A DNA stretch of 64,000 bases from Eledone cirrhosa (GCA_964016885.1 OZ024740.1:167648001-167712000); one strand, 5' to 3'; positions 15,512 through 29,556 are shown, counted from the stretch's first letter. The notes: generated by a model not told the origin, from the sequence alone. Made by a program: numbers and translations.

Positions 15512-15964
15512 GTGTATTTTGCAATACACTGTATGCTTAATTAAAAGCATTTCGAAGACCTTACGTTATTGTTTTAGAGTAGTGACAGTCTCACTTACTT
15601 TAATTTTCAGCAAACAGGGGAGATAAGCACCAAAGTTCCTCAGATACGTCTAGTGATTTCGAGGCAAAATGTCTTTCTGCTGGGCTCCGACTCTTCAAAT
15701 GTTTATCGTCTGCCTTCATCCTGTTTGTGTGGCAATTAGATTGCAACTAGATCCTTAGGGGCTGTGCTTTTGTTGTTTTGATAGCTAACTCCTGGCTTCA
15801 TCTGGAATTAACTGTCAAAATGGCAAGATCTCAGCCGCCACAACCCGACACTTTCTAATATAGTTACACTCTACTATCCCAAGTATCGAGTATTCTGTTG
15901 AATAATAGCCTTACGGGTTTAATACTGGTTTAATCCCGATATCTTGATTTGTATGTATGTATAT

Positions 15965-16316
15965 ATATTGTTATACTTGGAGAGGGTCATATTTGTGTAA
16001 TATTGCCAGAATTAATAACAGAACACACTCACTGTTTGGTTGGTTTTCGCTTTCGCTTCGGTGTCCTTTATATCGGTAATCTAATTTATTCGGTCCTCAA
16101 TGTTGCCATTGACTGACCGACGGTCATAAATAATACAGATACAATATAGACACAAACACATATATATAGTTTATCAAAGTTCTTTCGTTGCACATCTGCA
16201 ACATCGTCAGTGGTGCTATTGTTTCCTCCCGTTGCATTGTATTTTCTACGCCATCTTTTCTCACTATAACAGTATTTGTTTCGACACACGATTTCATATC
16301 AAAAACCTCGCAAAAC

Positions 16317-16320
<4 letters not shown>
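15965..16320 (+). mobile_element. Unclassified dispersed repeat in (TA)n, ends ATTGTTATACTTGG ... CCTCGCAAAAC
   Basis: Colinear copy at 54962-55510; internally deleted inverse copy at ~46694-46830. Confidence 0.75.
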
Positions 16321-16384
<64 letters not shown>

Positions 16385-16881
16385 CATATACACAAATCTA
16401 TATAAATATATACGTTCATATATGCTGTATGTATATACGAAGACATATATGAACACTCTCTCACGCGCACACGCACACAATGCGCAAGCACATGTATAAT
16501 TTGTATATTATATATATATTTGCGCTTTTTGTATATATGTGTCTGTGCGCACGCGCGCGCATGTGTGTGTGTGTGTGTAGTCGTGCGCCCATGAGGGTGT
16601 TCATATATGTCCGAATGTCCGAATCTATCGGAGGGTGTGTAGAGATATAATCACCCACGCCGTTTAATATTCCCAACGAGAATACATTTTATTTTTGTCA
16701 CTTTGTTCTGCTAATCTTTTAGATATGATGTCTGGTACATTTGTAAAAAAACATTGTCAGACACACTATCAATTCACATTCACACATAACATGATGACAT
16801 TTATCAACGCAATGCTAACGTAGAAATATATGAGCATACAAACATACACACAGAGGAACAAGCAGGCATTTATAAATGGAG

Positions 16882-17059
<178 letters not shown>

Positions 17060-17385
17060 AATATAGAAATGGGTTCTACAGGATTAGAACTATTTGATTC
17101 GAAGGAAATCATCAGGAAAGCCGACTGTCATTGTGATAAAGTGGTATTTATACATTTTCTTGTGGCAGGGGAAGGTGGCAGGGAAAGTGGTGATTGGGAT
17201 GGGTAGAAGTCATTGGCCGATGGATTTTAAAAACGGGGATTATTTGAAAAAACTCTGTTTACAGAAATATGGAAAGTGATACAAAGGCAAAATGTAAAAT
17301 GCATCCACGCTAAGTACCTATAGACAAATAAATACATACTGAAATACCAAAGATACTCTATTGGACTCGAGATACACACACACTC

Positions 17386-17418
<33 letters not shown>

Positions 17419-18461
17419 ACCATGCATGTATATATGCATATATTAAATACATTTATTTATTTTTTAATTGGCAGTAGTACTAAATATAAGCAACCAAATT
17501 CATGTTATACGGAAATGAGCATCTCCAGCAAGTCTCACGCAAAATTCTATATAGTCTCTGTGCTCCTTCCATGCCAGTTAACTGAGTGTCCTCGATGAAA
17601 GATTAACAAATCTCGAATGAGCGCTGTATGATATGCTTAACGGTATTGACAACAGTGTGATATATTCAAACAGAAAAATGAAGCAAATAAATATTTTCGC
17701 TGCAGAAAAACATTGTTCTTTGATAATGAGGCAAATCGTATTTTTATTGTATATCAACTTATAATATGTTTATATATGTTTTCTTATACGTCCCTATATA
17801 TGATTATCCAAACATAAGCGTATACGCTCGTGAACATACACCTGCTCATGCATAAACATTTACATAATACATATATGTGTGTGTTCATCATAGCATAGAA
17901 CCCATAAAAGGTGACAGAATGCATAGTGAAATAATATTCAATTTAATAATTCTAGGATTATAACATGTTCTGCAAACAACGAGTTTGTCCTTTTTTATTC
18001 TGAGGTCGCTAAAATAAAATGTCAGTTATATACTGGGGACAATTTAATCGATTATTCCCTGTTTGAATTTATGATCTTGTCCCTAAATTAGACATAATTA
18101 TCATCATAATTGTTAAGATCATAATTTCAGCCATGGATGTGTGGTTAAGGAGTTCCCACTGGTAATAATTCAGTAATAAACCCGATCTTCCTCATTTTCT
18201 TGTTTCAGACTTTTTCTCTTACGTTCCAGTATTCTCCCTCGGAGGTGTTGTTACAAGCTTTTATAATCTTACGTCGGTATCAATATGTAAAATTTCATAT
18301 TTTTTAGGGTGAGGCATATTTAAAGAGCATTTTAAAATAAATAATGAAGTATCTAATAATATCCATAAACATCTTCCCTTCTTTTCTTCATTTACTTATT
18401 TATTCTTATCTTAATGTGTTGTTCATTTGACGGCTGATTTTAATATATTAATATATTTGAA

Positions 18462-18648
18462 GGGCGGTGGAATGGCAGTATCGGTAGAGAGTCGGACACC
18501 ATGCTTTCCAGCATAGTTACGTCCCTTTACGGCCTGAGTTCAAATCCCGCCGAGGTTAACTTTGCCTTTCATCCTTACGGGGTCGATAAAATAAAGTACC
18601 AGTAATGTACTGTTTAATTGCTGGCCTTGTGCCAAAAGTAGCAACATT
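18462..18648 (+). mobile_element. tRNA-derived SINE, near full length
   Basis: A-box-like TGGCAGTATCGG, B-box GAGTTCAAATCCC, central GCCTTTCATCCTTACGGGGTCGATAAAATAAAGTACCAG. Other copies at 45640-45735 (+), 47480-47655 (-) and 60961-61066 (-). Confidence 0.8.
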
Positions 18649-18793
18649 TAATATATTTGAATAAGGTAATTTTCTGTATACATGGATTCATTTTACACAT
18701 GTGAAATATTTTATGTGGAAATAATCTTAGTAAACTACCTCGGAATTAATTCCCTTGCAGTATAACTGAATGGGCAAGACAGATACTAGACGA

Positions 18794-18838
<45 letters not shown>

Positions 18839-18880
18839 CATACACACATATATATATCTACATACAAATATATATATATA

Positions 18881-20137
18881 CTAGCAGTAAAGCCCGGCGT
18901 TGCTCGGGGTCGCTCAGTAGCTGTGTTAAAGTTACAATGTTAAGTTTCTTTTTTGGCTTAAAAACTGTAGTGTCTACTGTGCAGACTTGCATGGGGTGTT
19001 TTTGATTAATATTCCCTCAACCAACAATATGCTTTATGAAGTTAAGAAAACATAACGATAACCCGAATGTTATAACAAAAGAGGATGCTGGGGATAAAAA
19101 CTGCACTGGTTATTTATTAACAAAGATCGAAAATGTAAACACTGCAACGCAGAGAAAAACATTAGCGTAACCAAATTATCAGTTATGTCTGTCTGCACGC
19201 GTATATCACCTCTCTGCACGACTGTCTGTCTGCACGCCTAACGACGAAATATTTGCTTGTTTTACGTAGTCTTTAAATAGACTTGTTTTCAAGTAAAAAT
19301 ATTGTTTTAAAATGCTTTTAAATGGAAATGAAGCAAAACGGAAGCTTAGTGTTCGAATGTTCGTGTATTGTGTTAATGTCATTTTAAACGCTGAGAAAGC
19401 CAGCGTAATTTTTTACGTAAGACGCTCAATGTAAACAGAACAAAGGGAAATAACTGATAACTTACGCTCAAAAATCGATACATTATATTCGATTTCGTCA
19501 CATAGGGTGGGTCAATTTGAAATATTTTTTTTTCCGATGTCTTCGCTAGGGCTCAATGTACAAGTCTAGCAATTTCGGTGCAATTCCGTGAGAGATTCTA
19601 AGAGGAGATGTGTGCCAAAAATCGATAGACAGACAGACAACCACAGTTTTATATATATAGATGTCTGTCTGCACGCGTATATCACCTCTCTGCACGACTG
19701 TCTGTCTGCACGCCTAACGACGAAATATTTGCTTGTTTTACGTAGTCTTTAAATAGACTTGTTTTCAAGTAAAAATATTGTTTTAAAATGCTTTTAAATG
19801 GAAATGAAGCAAAACGGAAGCTTAGTGTTCGAATGTTCGTGTATTGTGTTAATGTCATTTTAAACGCTGAGAAAGCCAGCGTAATTTTTTACGTAAGACG
19901 CTCAATGTAAACAGAACAAAGGGAAATAACTGATAACGTACGCTCAAAAATCGATACATTATATTCGATTTCGTCACATAGGGTGGGTCAATTTGAAATA
20001 TTTTTTTTTCCGATGTCTTCGCTAGGGCTCAATGTACAAGTCTAGCAATTTCGGTGCAATTCCGTGAGAGATTCTAAGTGGAGATGTGTGCCAAAAATCG
20101 ATAGACAGACAGACAACCACAGTTTTATATATATAGA
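18881..20137 (-). mobile_element. Non-autonomous Helitron-like element with tandemly duplicated 5' half
   Basis: Minus strand begins TCTATATATATAAAACTGTGGTTGTCTGTCTG and ends CCCGAGCAACGCCGGG-CTTTACTG-CTAG. Segments 19185-19660 and 19661-20137 are near-identical ~476-bp direct repeats. Confidence 0.85.
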
Positions 20138-20149
20138 TGTATATATCAT

Positions 20150-21370
<1,221 letters not shown>

Positions 21371-21700
21371 TGATCAATCATATATTTATATATATAGGGA
21401 GGTCTGTATGTGTGTGGGGGTGAGTCTAGGTGTGTAATTATCTATATATTCATTTCTTTTACGACAGCACAGTTTTCACTAGAATAGATATTGAATACGG
21501 TTCATTTGTGGGTTTATATTCATACATCCATTTATCCCTACTTGCATACATGCATATGTACATACATGCTTACATACATACATAGATACCTACGTACAAG
21601 CATACATACATACATACATACATACATACATACATACATACATACATACATACATACATACATACATACATACGTACGTACGTACATATACATACATACA

Positions 21701-21733
<33 letters not shown>

Positions 21734-21734
21734 G

Positions 21735-22057
21735 ATGATGGCTGCCCCCTCTTTATCGAGTATGGCCATTGCACGATATACCATTATTAATAATTATTAA
21801 TTAATTCTATCGTGCAATGCCTGTGCGTGAAGATATTTTTTTAAAGTGAGGAAAGACTGTGCACTGAGCCAATTCCACTCTCTGTGCGACAGTAGCTATA
21901 ACCCGAAAAGAAGAAAAGATCAACATCATCGGTAACTACTGAGCCGCAGGTTTTATATCGGAGTTATCCCAGTTTCCTGAGTTGCGATCCTGAGTTTGCT
22001 GAGTTGCGATCGTGCCGTTAAACTGCTGGGAGTGAAGGACCTCTAGCCTTTGTCAGG
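21735..22057 (-). mobile_element. Non-autonomous RTE derivative, family A, with inverted 5' piece
   Basis: 21735-21985 is the reverse complement of the 7190-7425 region, with a (GTAT)n tail at ~21600-21730. 22005-22057 matches 7118-7168 in the opposite orientation. Confidence 0.85.
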
Positions 22058-22099
22058 ATATACATATATACATACTTACGTACACTCATACATACATAC

Positions 22100-23466
22100 A
22101 ATCCGAGCAGTTGATGTTGGAACTCGAAAAATACTGAACAACACTGGAAACTTCCACATCAACAGAGACATAGACCGCCTTTACTTGAAACGTAAGCAGG
22201 GAGGCAGAGGCCTAACATCAGTCCAGACAACATTTGAATGTCGCATCATATGTCTCCGACAACATCTACGAACCTCGAAGCCCGTTTCCCGAGCAAGTCT
22301 ATCTGCATGAAACAGATAAGATCATGAGAGTTGGGAAGGAACTCCTCGAGAGATATTCCCTATGTGATAATCAAATCTCACACCCAGGGATGTCGCTCAG
22401 CAGTATCGCAGTGAATGCATGGATGAAAAACTGCATGCCTATCAGCAAAAAATCATGCATGGATATGTTGCCAGGAAACTCCAGAGTGAGGGTATTATAG
22501 ATAAGGAAAGTAGTCTATCTTGGACCAACAACCGCTATATTCGCTCCCACTTTGAAGGATACGCTTTTGCAATCCAGGAACAGGAGATTAGCACAAAATA
22601 CCTGATTCACAAAAGAGATAGGGATGCAGACAAATCACCTAGATGTGATAACAAGTGCAGATTCTGCAGAACTAACCTCGAGGATATCAGCCATGTCATC
22701 AGCAGCTGTCCTAAGATGTCATCGCGGTACTATCTACCTATGAGGCATGATGTAGTGGCCAAAACACTGTACAATGCAGTTCGTAAAAAAGATAGCCCCG
22801 ATAATAAACACATTAAAAGCTACAGCAATGTGGAAAACATCCATGTACATAATATGAAAGAGTACTGGTGGAATGTTCCAGTAAAAACCCCAATAAAATG
22901 CAGACCAGATATTATGATAGGGGACAGGGAGAAGAAAGCATGCACAATAGTGGAAATTAGCTGCCCAGCAGATGCCAATATAATATCAAAGATTAGTGAA
23001 AAGGAGAATATTTATGCAGAACTGATGAGAAATCTGCAGATACTCCACCCTGATTACACCTTCAGATTTATGCCTGTGATTATTGGGGCACTGGGATATG
23101 TTAGTAACTGCCTCAATACAAATCTTGAGAAGCTAGGCTTCACAGGAGCAGAAAGAACACAACTAGTTAGGAAATTACAAGTATAACCCATTAATGGAAC
23201 AGTAAAAATATGTAAAACATTCCAAAAATTTTGCATCAAATAACTGCATATACATATACAGATGCAAAGCATATACACATGCACACATACAACTCAAAAC
23301 ATACATATCCACACATAAAATAACATCCATATCTACACATGCATGCATACATACATATCTACCTAGTTGATGTTGTGTAAATTCCAATGAGAAAGTCTTG
23401 TATCTATGTTAGAAACCGACTCTCTCTCTATTGGGAAAAATTTGTGAAATTATAAAACCAGAAGAA
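22100..23466 (+). mobile_element. 5'-truncated R4/Dong-like non-LTR retrotransposon (RLE type), frameshifted
   Basis: RLYLKRKQGGRGL; AIQEQEISTKY; CCHC knuckle CRFC..ISHVISSC; RHDVVAK; RPDIMI..IVEISCP..K..Y; PVIIGALG. In-frame TAA at 23184-23186, natural stop ~23243. (CATA)n on both sides. Confidence 0.85.
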
Positions 23467-23484
23467 CATACATACATACATACA

Positions 23485-26400
23485 TGATGGCTGCCCCCTC
23501 GTTATCGAGTATGGCCATTGCACGAGGGGAAAGAAAAAAAAAAATAATAATAATAATAAATAAATAAAAATAAAATAAAAATAAAAATTAAAAAAAGAAA
23601 TATATATATATATATACATATACATACATATATACATACACACACACACATACTTACACACACATATACACACACACACATACATTAATAACAATAATAA
23701 TAATAATAATAATAACAACGATAATAATAACGACAACAACGATAATAATATACATATACATATATATATATATACACTCACACGCACACACATAAGCATA
23801 TCTACACACACACACACACGATAGCAACTAACAGCGCTGCGATCGAATGTGGCTTTTTAGCCCAGCCAATGATCTAAAATGTCTTGCACAGAGTCGGCAA
23901 CCAAAACATTTACTGGGAATAGTCGGCTGTGGTTGGAGTTCGTGTACTTTTGCATGTCGCTTGAGCCCTCCTGCTGATTTACATTCTCTACCACATGTTT
24001 GGCAAGCATGATGAGTAGCATCTCCAACAGCAGCCTGGTAGTCCACCACTGGGCTTACTTTATGACTGCGAAGATGACTTTCGAGTCCAGCTTTGCTTAG
24101 GCAGAGTCTCGCACATACGCTGCATGTCAGCACCATAGGAGGACCCTTGCCGTCTGGAAGTGCAACAGCAATGCCCTTCCTCACATCCCGCTTTACTTTC
24201 TCGTATGCGATTCGAGATACCTCAAAGGCAACTTTTCCCTCATATACAGTCTTTCTCCATTTATTACGATCAGCAGCAATATTCTCCCATGTATCAGCAG
24301 AGATGTTAGCGTCTTTCGGAGAGGCTTTCAAGGAATCCTTATACCTCTTTTTTGTTTTATATGGCGGTCGTTTTCCTTTAACCAACTCTCCATAAAAGAG
24401 TTGTTTTGGTATTCTAGAATCCTTCATCCTGGCAAGGTTACCACTCCAACGGAGTCGTTGCTTAAGCACAAGAGCTTCTATACTGTCACACATAGAGCTT
24501 TCCAAAATCTCGACATCACTGATGTGGTCCCTCCAGTGAACGCCATGGATCCGTCTGAGACACATCTGATGGACACGCTCCAATTGCTTAAGGTGGTGTC
24601 GATATGTGACCCAGGTCTCGCAGGCATAAAGAAGACAAGAGAGCACACATGCCCTGTACACCTTTACCTTTGTCCTCCTGCATATGTCTCGCCGACCCCA
24701 GAGTCGCCTTTCTAGCTTTCCTAAAGCAGCACTTGCTTTCCTAATCCTAAGTGAGATTTTACTGTCAAGGTTGCCGTATCGATTGACAGTGCTCCCCAGG
24801 TAGACAAACTGATCAACCACTCCAAGTCGTTTGCCATACACATAGATGTTTGGTTCAGTGTACTGCTTACCAGAGGCAGGTTGGTACATGACGACGGTTT
24901 TCTTGAGACTGACAGTCAGACCTAGGGCAGTGCAAGCGTCAGAAAATGCATTCAAAATGTGCTGCATATCACTCTCTGTGTGCGCTACAAGATCGCAATC
25001 ATCTGCATACAAGAGGTCTCTTTTGATTGATGTAAATACTTTTGTCTTCGCAGCAAAGCGCCTGATGTTAAATATGCTACTTGAGGTTCGATATCGGATG
25101 TAAACACCATGCTCGCAATTCCTGAATGCAATACAGAAAACCATTGCAAAGTATATGGCAAACAGGGTCGGTGCTGGAAAATCCCCCTGTTTCACTCCAT
25201 TTTTTACTGAGATAGGCTCCGATATGTTACCCCCGACATTAACCCAAGCCTTCATGTCGTCATGGAAAGACCTAACTAAAGCAAGGAACTTATCAGGGCA
25301 ACCAAGTTTCTGGAGAACCTTCCATAATGCATCTCTGTTAACAGTATCGAAAGCTTTTGTCAGATCGACAAAAACCTAAAACAGATCCAAGCCTTGTTCC
25401 ATGCACTTCTCCTGGAGCTGTCTAGCTGAGAAGATCATATCAGTAGTGCCGCGTCCAGCACAAAAACCAGATTGACTTTCAGGAAGAACACAATCTGCAA
25501 TGTGTGTCAGCAGACGGTCCAGAAGAACCCTACATAAAACTTTCCCTACGACAGAAAGCAATGATATACCTCTGTAGTTCCCACAATCGTTCCTGTTACC
25601 CTTTCCCTTGTACAAGACCACCATTACTGCATCTCTCCAATCCTCAGGTACGGATTCATTAGCCCATATCCTGCCAAACAAAGAGTGAAGATGTTGCAGG
25701 AGTCTCTCACCACCATATTGTAGGAGCTCAGCATGTATGCCATCCATAGCTGGAGATCTTCCACTGTTCAGCTTCGAAATAGCCACTGCAACCTCCACAA
25801 GCGTCGGAGGTTCTGCTAGAGCTACTTTCACATGACTTTCTGGAATGAGATTGAGGAAATCTTCACTGACGACAGACGGCTGATTCAAAAGATCATCAAA
25901 GTGCTCTCGCCACCTTCGTAGAATTCCTTGTGAGTGACGAAGAAGTTCTTTGCCATCCCTGCTGCGAAGCGGTGTCACCAGAGAAGAAGACGGTCCATAA
26001 ACCTCACGCAAGAGACTGTACAACAGCTTTGTGTTATTGGAATCAGACGCAGTTTGTATCTCACCAGCCTTCTCACTCCACCACTGATCATTCATCTGAG
26101 AAAGACTCCGCCTAACACGTGATTTTACATCCCTGAGTTCCTCATGCAACGTATTCCTCTCCTGTGGTTTTGCCGTCAAGTAGCGTGACAGAGCACGCCC
26201 CTTATCAGCCAACAAGTCTTCTATATGTACATCATATTCATTAAACCAGTCCTGATGTTTCCTCTGCGCCAATCCCAGAACACGCCTGCCTACATCATAA
26301 ACCGACTTTTTAAGGGTCGGCCAATCCTCACCAAGATCTGCAGCCTGCATCTCTTCTTCCAATGTCCTCTTCACATTTTTATCCTTAAGACGAGCAGCAT

Positions 26401-27407
26401 TCAATCTTTTGGGCAGAACAACACCAGGAGCCCGGATTTTACGTTTAGTGATTAGTTTCACTTTTGCGCGTACCAGGCGGTGGTCCGTCCAGCACTCAGC
26501 TCCACGAAGAACATGAACACACCGCACATCCTGTCTGTCACGCATCCTGACTAGGACGTATTCCAAAAGATGCCATTCCTTTGATGTAGGATGCATCCAT
26601 GTGGTCTTGAATTTGTTCTTTTGTTGGAACATGGTGTTGGTAACACACAGATCCAGCTCCTCACACATCTGCAGCAGGAGCATACCATTGCTGTTACACT
26701 TTCCCACCCCATGCCTTCCGATTACATTCCATGTGTTAAAATCCCTAGCATTAAAGTCTCCAAGCACGATGACTTTGTCTGCCTGAGGGATATTTCTTAA
26801 AACACCTTTCAAGGCATGGTAAAAGGACACCTTTTCCTCATCGATAGAACTCATAGTTGGAGCATACACACTCACCAGGGTAGCATAGCTTCCCTTGTCC
26901 AGCGGAACTCTCATGGACATAAGACGCTCACTAATCCCTACTGGGAGTTCTTCTAATTTGTTCACAAGTACAGTCTTAACAGCAAATCCTACCCCAGCCT
27001 CTCTTCTGGTTCCTTCATCTCTTCCTTTCCAGAAGAATGTATATTCTCCACAAAATTCCGTAAGATGACCATCTCCAGCTAACCTCGTCTCAGATAAAGC
27101 CACGATGTCAAGATCGTAACGTCGAAGCTCCTTTGCAACAAGAGCGGTCCTTCGTTCAGGACGCTCCAAGGAATCCCTGTCAAGCAGCGTCCGTACGTTC
27201 TAGCAGCCAAGACTAAATGCCTTGTTTGGCTCTATTACAATGGCACGATGACGAGCGGGCTCAGGCTGTGATAACCTGGGGCCCCTGCCCTTATTGCCAA
27301 TGATCTTTTTTGTTCCAGAACCTAAATTGCCAATTATCTCTTTTATATTGTTCTGGAACATCATTGAATTGGAAAAAAAAAAAAAAAAAAAAAAAAAAGT
27401 AATAATA

Positions 27408-27452
<45 letters not shown>

Positions 27453-27764
27453 GTACACTATTAATAATTAATAATTATTAATGCACTCGTGCAATGCCTG
27501 TGCGTGACGAATATTTTTAAAGTGAGGAAAGACTGTGCACTGAGCCAATCCCACTCTCTGAGCGACAGTAGCTATAACCCGAAAAGAAGAAAGGATCAAC
27601 ATCATCGTTAACTACTGAGCCGCAGGTTTTATGTCGGAGTTAACCCAGTTTCCTGAGATGCCTTCTCCTAGAAGAATGCCCTGACAAGGACTAGGGGTTC
27701 TTCACTCCCAGTGGTTTAACTGCGCGATCGGGCATCCAGCCCAATTACTTCTATGTCCCCACGC
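23485..27764 (-). mobile_element. Full-length RTE-clade (BovB-like) LINE
   Basis: 5'UTR 27764-27365, single APE+RT reading frame, microsatellite-filled 3'UTR, terminal stem-loop and (GTAT)n tail at ~23466-23485. Confidence 0.9.
23828..27364 (-). pseudogene. RTE LINE ORF: AP endonuclease, reverse transcriptase and three C2H2 fingers; two premature TAG codons
   Basis: One frame from ATG 27364: GC*NVRTLL (TAG 27202-27200 at the WNV Trp), ALSETRL, VLGDFNA, TDHRLV, NYRGISLLS, DLF*VFVDLTKAFD (TAG 25378-25376), GVKQGD, LLYADD, FVYLGS. C-terminal CSVC..H..H, CQTC..H..H, CRLC..H. Confidence 0.93.
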
Positions 27765-27924
27765 AAAAAAAAAAAAAAAAAAAATCACTTATTGACACTT
27801 ATACGTACGACATACACACACGCGCATACATATGCGCGCACACAGCAACATACATACATACATACATACATACATACATACATACATACATACATACATA
27901 CATACATACATACATACATACATA

Positions 27925-28258
27925 CATGGTGGCTGCCAACTCGTTTTCGAGTACGGCCACTACTTTATATCCATGTAGGAGAACCCCTACCGATGCGCTG
28001 AACGAGTGTGAATTTTTAGTCCAGCCAGCGACTTGAAAACTCTGGTACAAACACTACACTTGTGACAATTATTGACACAGTGCTGGGCCCATGGTACCAT
28101 GTGACGGCAAGTGCAGAGAGATCTCCAGATATAAAGCAATGCCTGTGCCGTGAAACTTTTATAGTGAGCAAAGGCACTGCACAAAGCCAGTCCCACTCTC
28201 TTAACCAAGATGATATTTACCAAAAAGAAGAACAAGTCAACATCATTGGATACCATCA
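27925..28258 (-). mobile_element. Non-autonomous RTE derivative, family B (5'UTR piece + last zinc finger + tail)
   Basis: Encodes CSVCTRVFKSLAGLKIHTRSAH, similar to the LINE's last finger. 5' part is homologous to 27490-27610. Second copy at 56035-56290. (CATA)n on both sides. Confidence 0.85.
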
Positions 28259-29034
28259 TACATACATACATACATACATACATATGTGTGTAAGTATTTC
28301 CTTATGTATGTATCTTTATGTCTTTCTGAACATATAGTCATATAGTTCATATAGTTTCTGAACATATAGTCACTTTATCGCGTCGTTTAAGTGAATATGA
28401 GTATCAGCCACAATTTTGTTTTTGCTTTACATATCATTTATCAGTAAGAAACTTAGTTCAGCGAATTAACGTCTGAAATATTTGTTGTTCAAATCTTGTT
28501 TCTCGTGTGGCATAGTGAAAAGTAATTCTAATTCGTACGCCATGATTTGTTGCTAGTTCTGCTTTTTCGTCATTACTTTAACTAAAAGCTACAAGCAAAG
28601 CTACCGAGATAACATTCTACATCTTCCAAGTAAATTTCATGTCGGTTTTCCTTAATATGATAAACGAAATGAAATTTTCTTGTTTATCTTATTTAAGAGA
28701 GAAGCACTAGTGGAGTTTCTAAGAAAATTGTCTTTTCGTCTCTTAAGCTCCATTTCTAAATTCCAGTAGTCTTAGCTCATTACTTCACCCTCCATTTACT
28801 TCATATCATGTTCATACCTTCTCTCTTTCTAATCTCTCTCTATTCTGCCTCTCTCTACACCCCTCCCATTCTCTCTTCCTCTCTCTCTCTCTCTTTCTCT
28901 CATTCTCTCTATCTCCCATTTCTCTCTCTCTCATTCATTTTCTCCCGTTTCCCTCATTTATTTTTCCTCTTTCTCTCACTCCACATTCACACAGCACTAT
29001 CTTTTTTCGCTCTTTCCCCCTCTCTGGCTCTTTC

Positions 29035-29143
<109 letters not shown>

Positions 29144-29313
29144 GCATATATATACATATATATACATGTAAGTACCTTTTGGTGTATATGATGGTACATT
29201 AACATTAGTTCGCATACATACATCCGCTCACACGCTCACACGATGTATATAATAATCATATTATATATCCCAATGAATATAAACACACACACACACACAT
29301 ATTTATATAAATA

Positions 29314-29390
<77 letters not shown>

Positions 29391-29508
29391 CAGAAGGGAT
29401 AGTCAATTTGTTGGTAATTATATATATATATATATGTGTGTTTGTGTGTGTGTGTGTGTGTATATGTGTGTGTATATATATATATAAAACAGTTGGCAGG
29501 TGAACAGT

Positions 29509-29556
29509 GACTGTACTGATGAAGAGTGACACTCAGAAACATTAGTGTCTGCAGTT
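29509..29556 (+). ncRNA. Minimal type I hammerhead ribozyme motif (Penelope-type)
   Basis: GACTGTA-CTGATGA-aGAGTgacACTCa-GAAAC-attagt-GTC-TGCAGTT: intact core boxes, stem I pairs (with G-U), stem II closing pair mismatched. Confidence 0.6.

Noticed and set aside
15600-15900. Possible decayed AP-endonuclease fragment on the minus strand; likewise a Tc1-like trace at ~32300-32520
   Set aside because: Similarity is too fragmentary to support without a profile search.
18209-18276. Possible small host exon after a pyrimidine tract and CAG (FFSYVPVFSLGGVVTSFYNLTS)
   Set aside because: Weak donor (GTATCA), no recognisable protein and no partner exons; needs RNA-seq.
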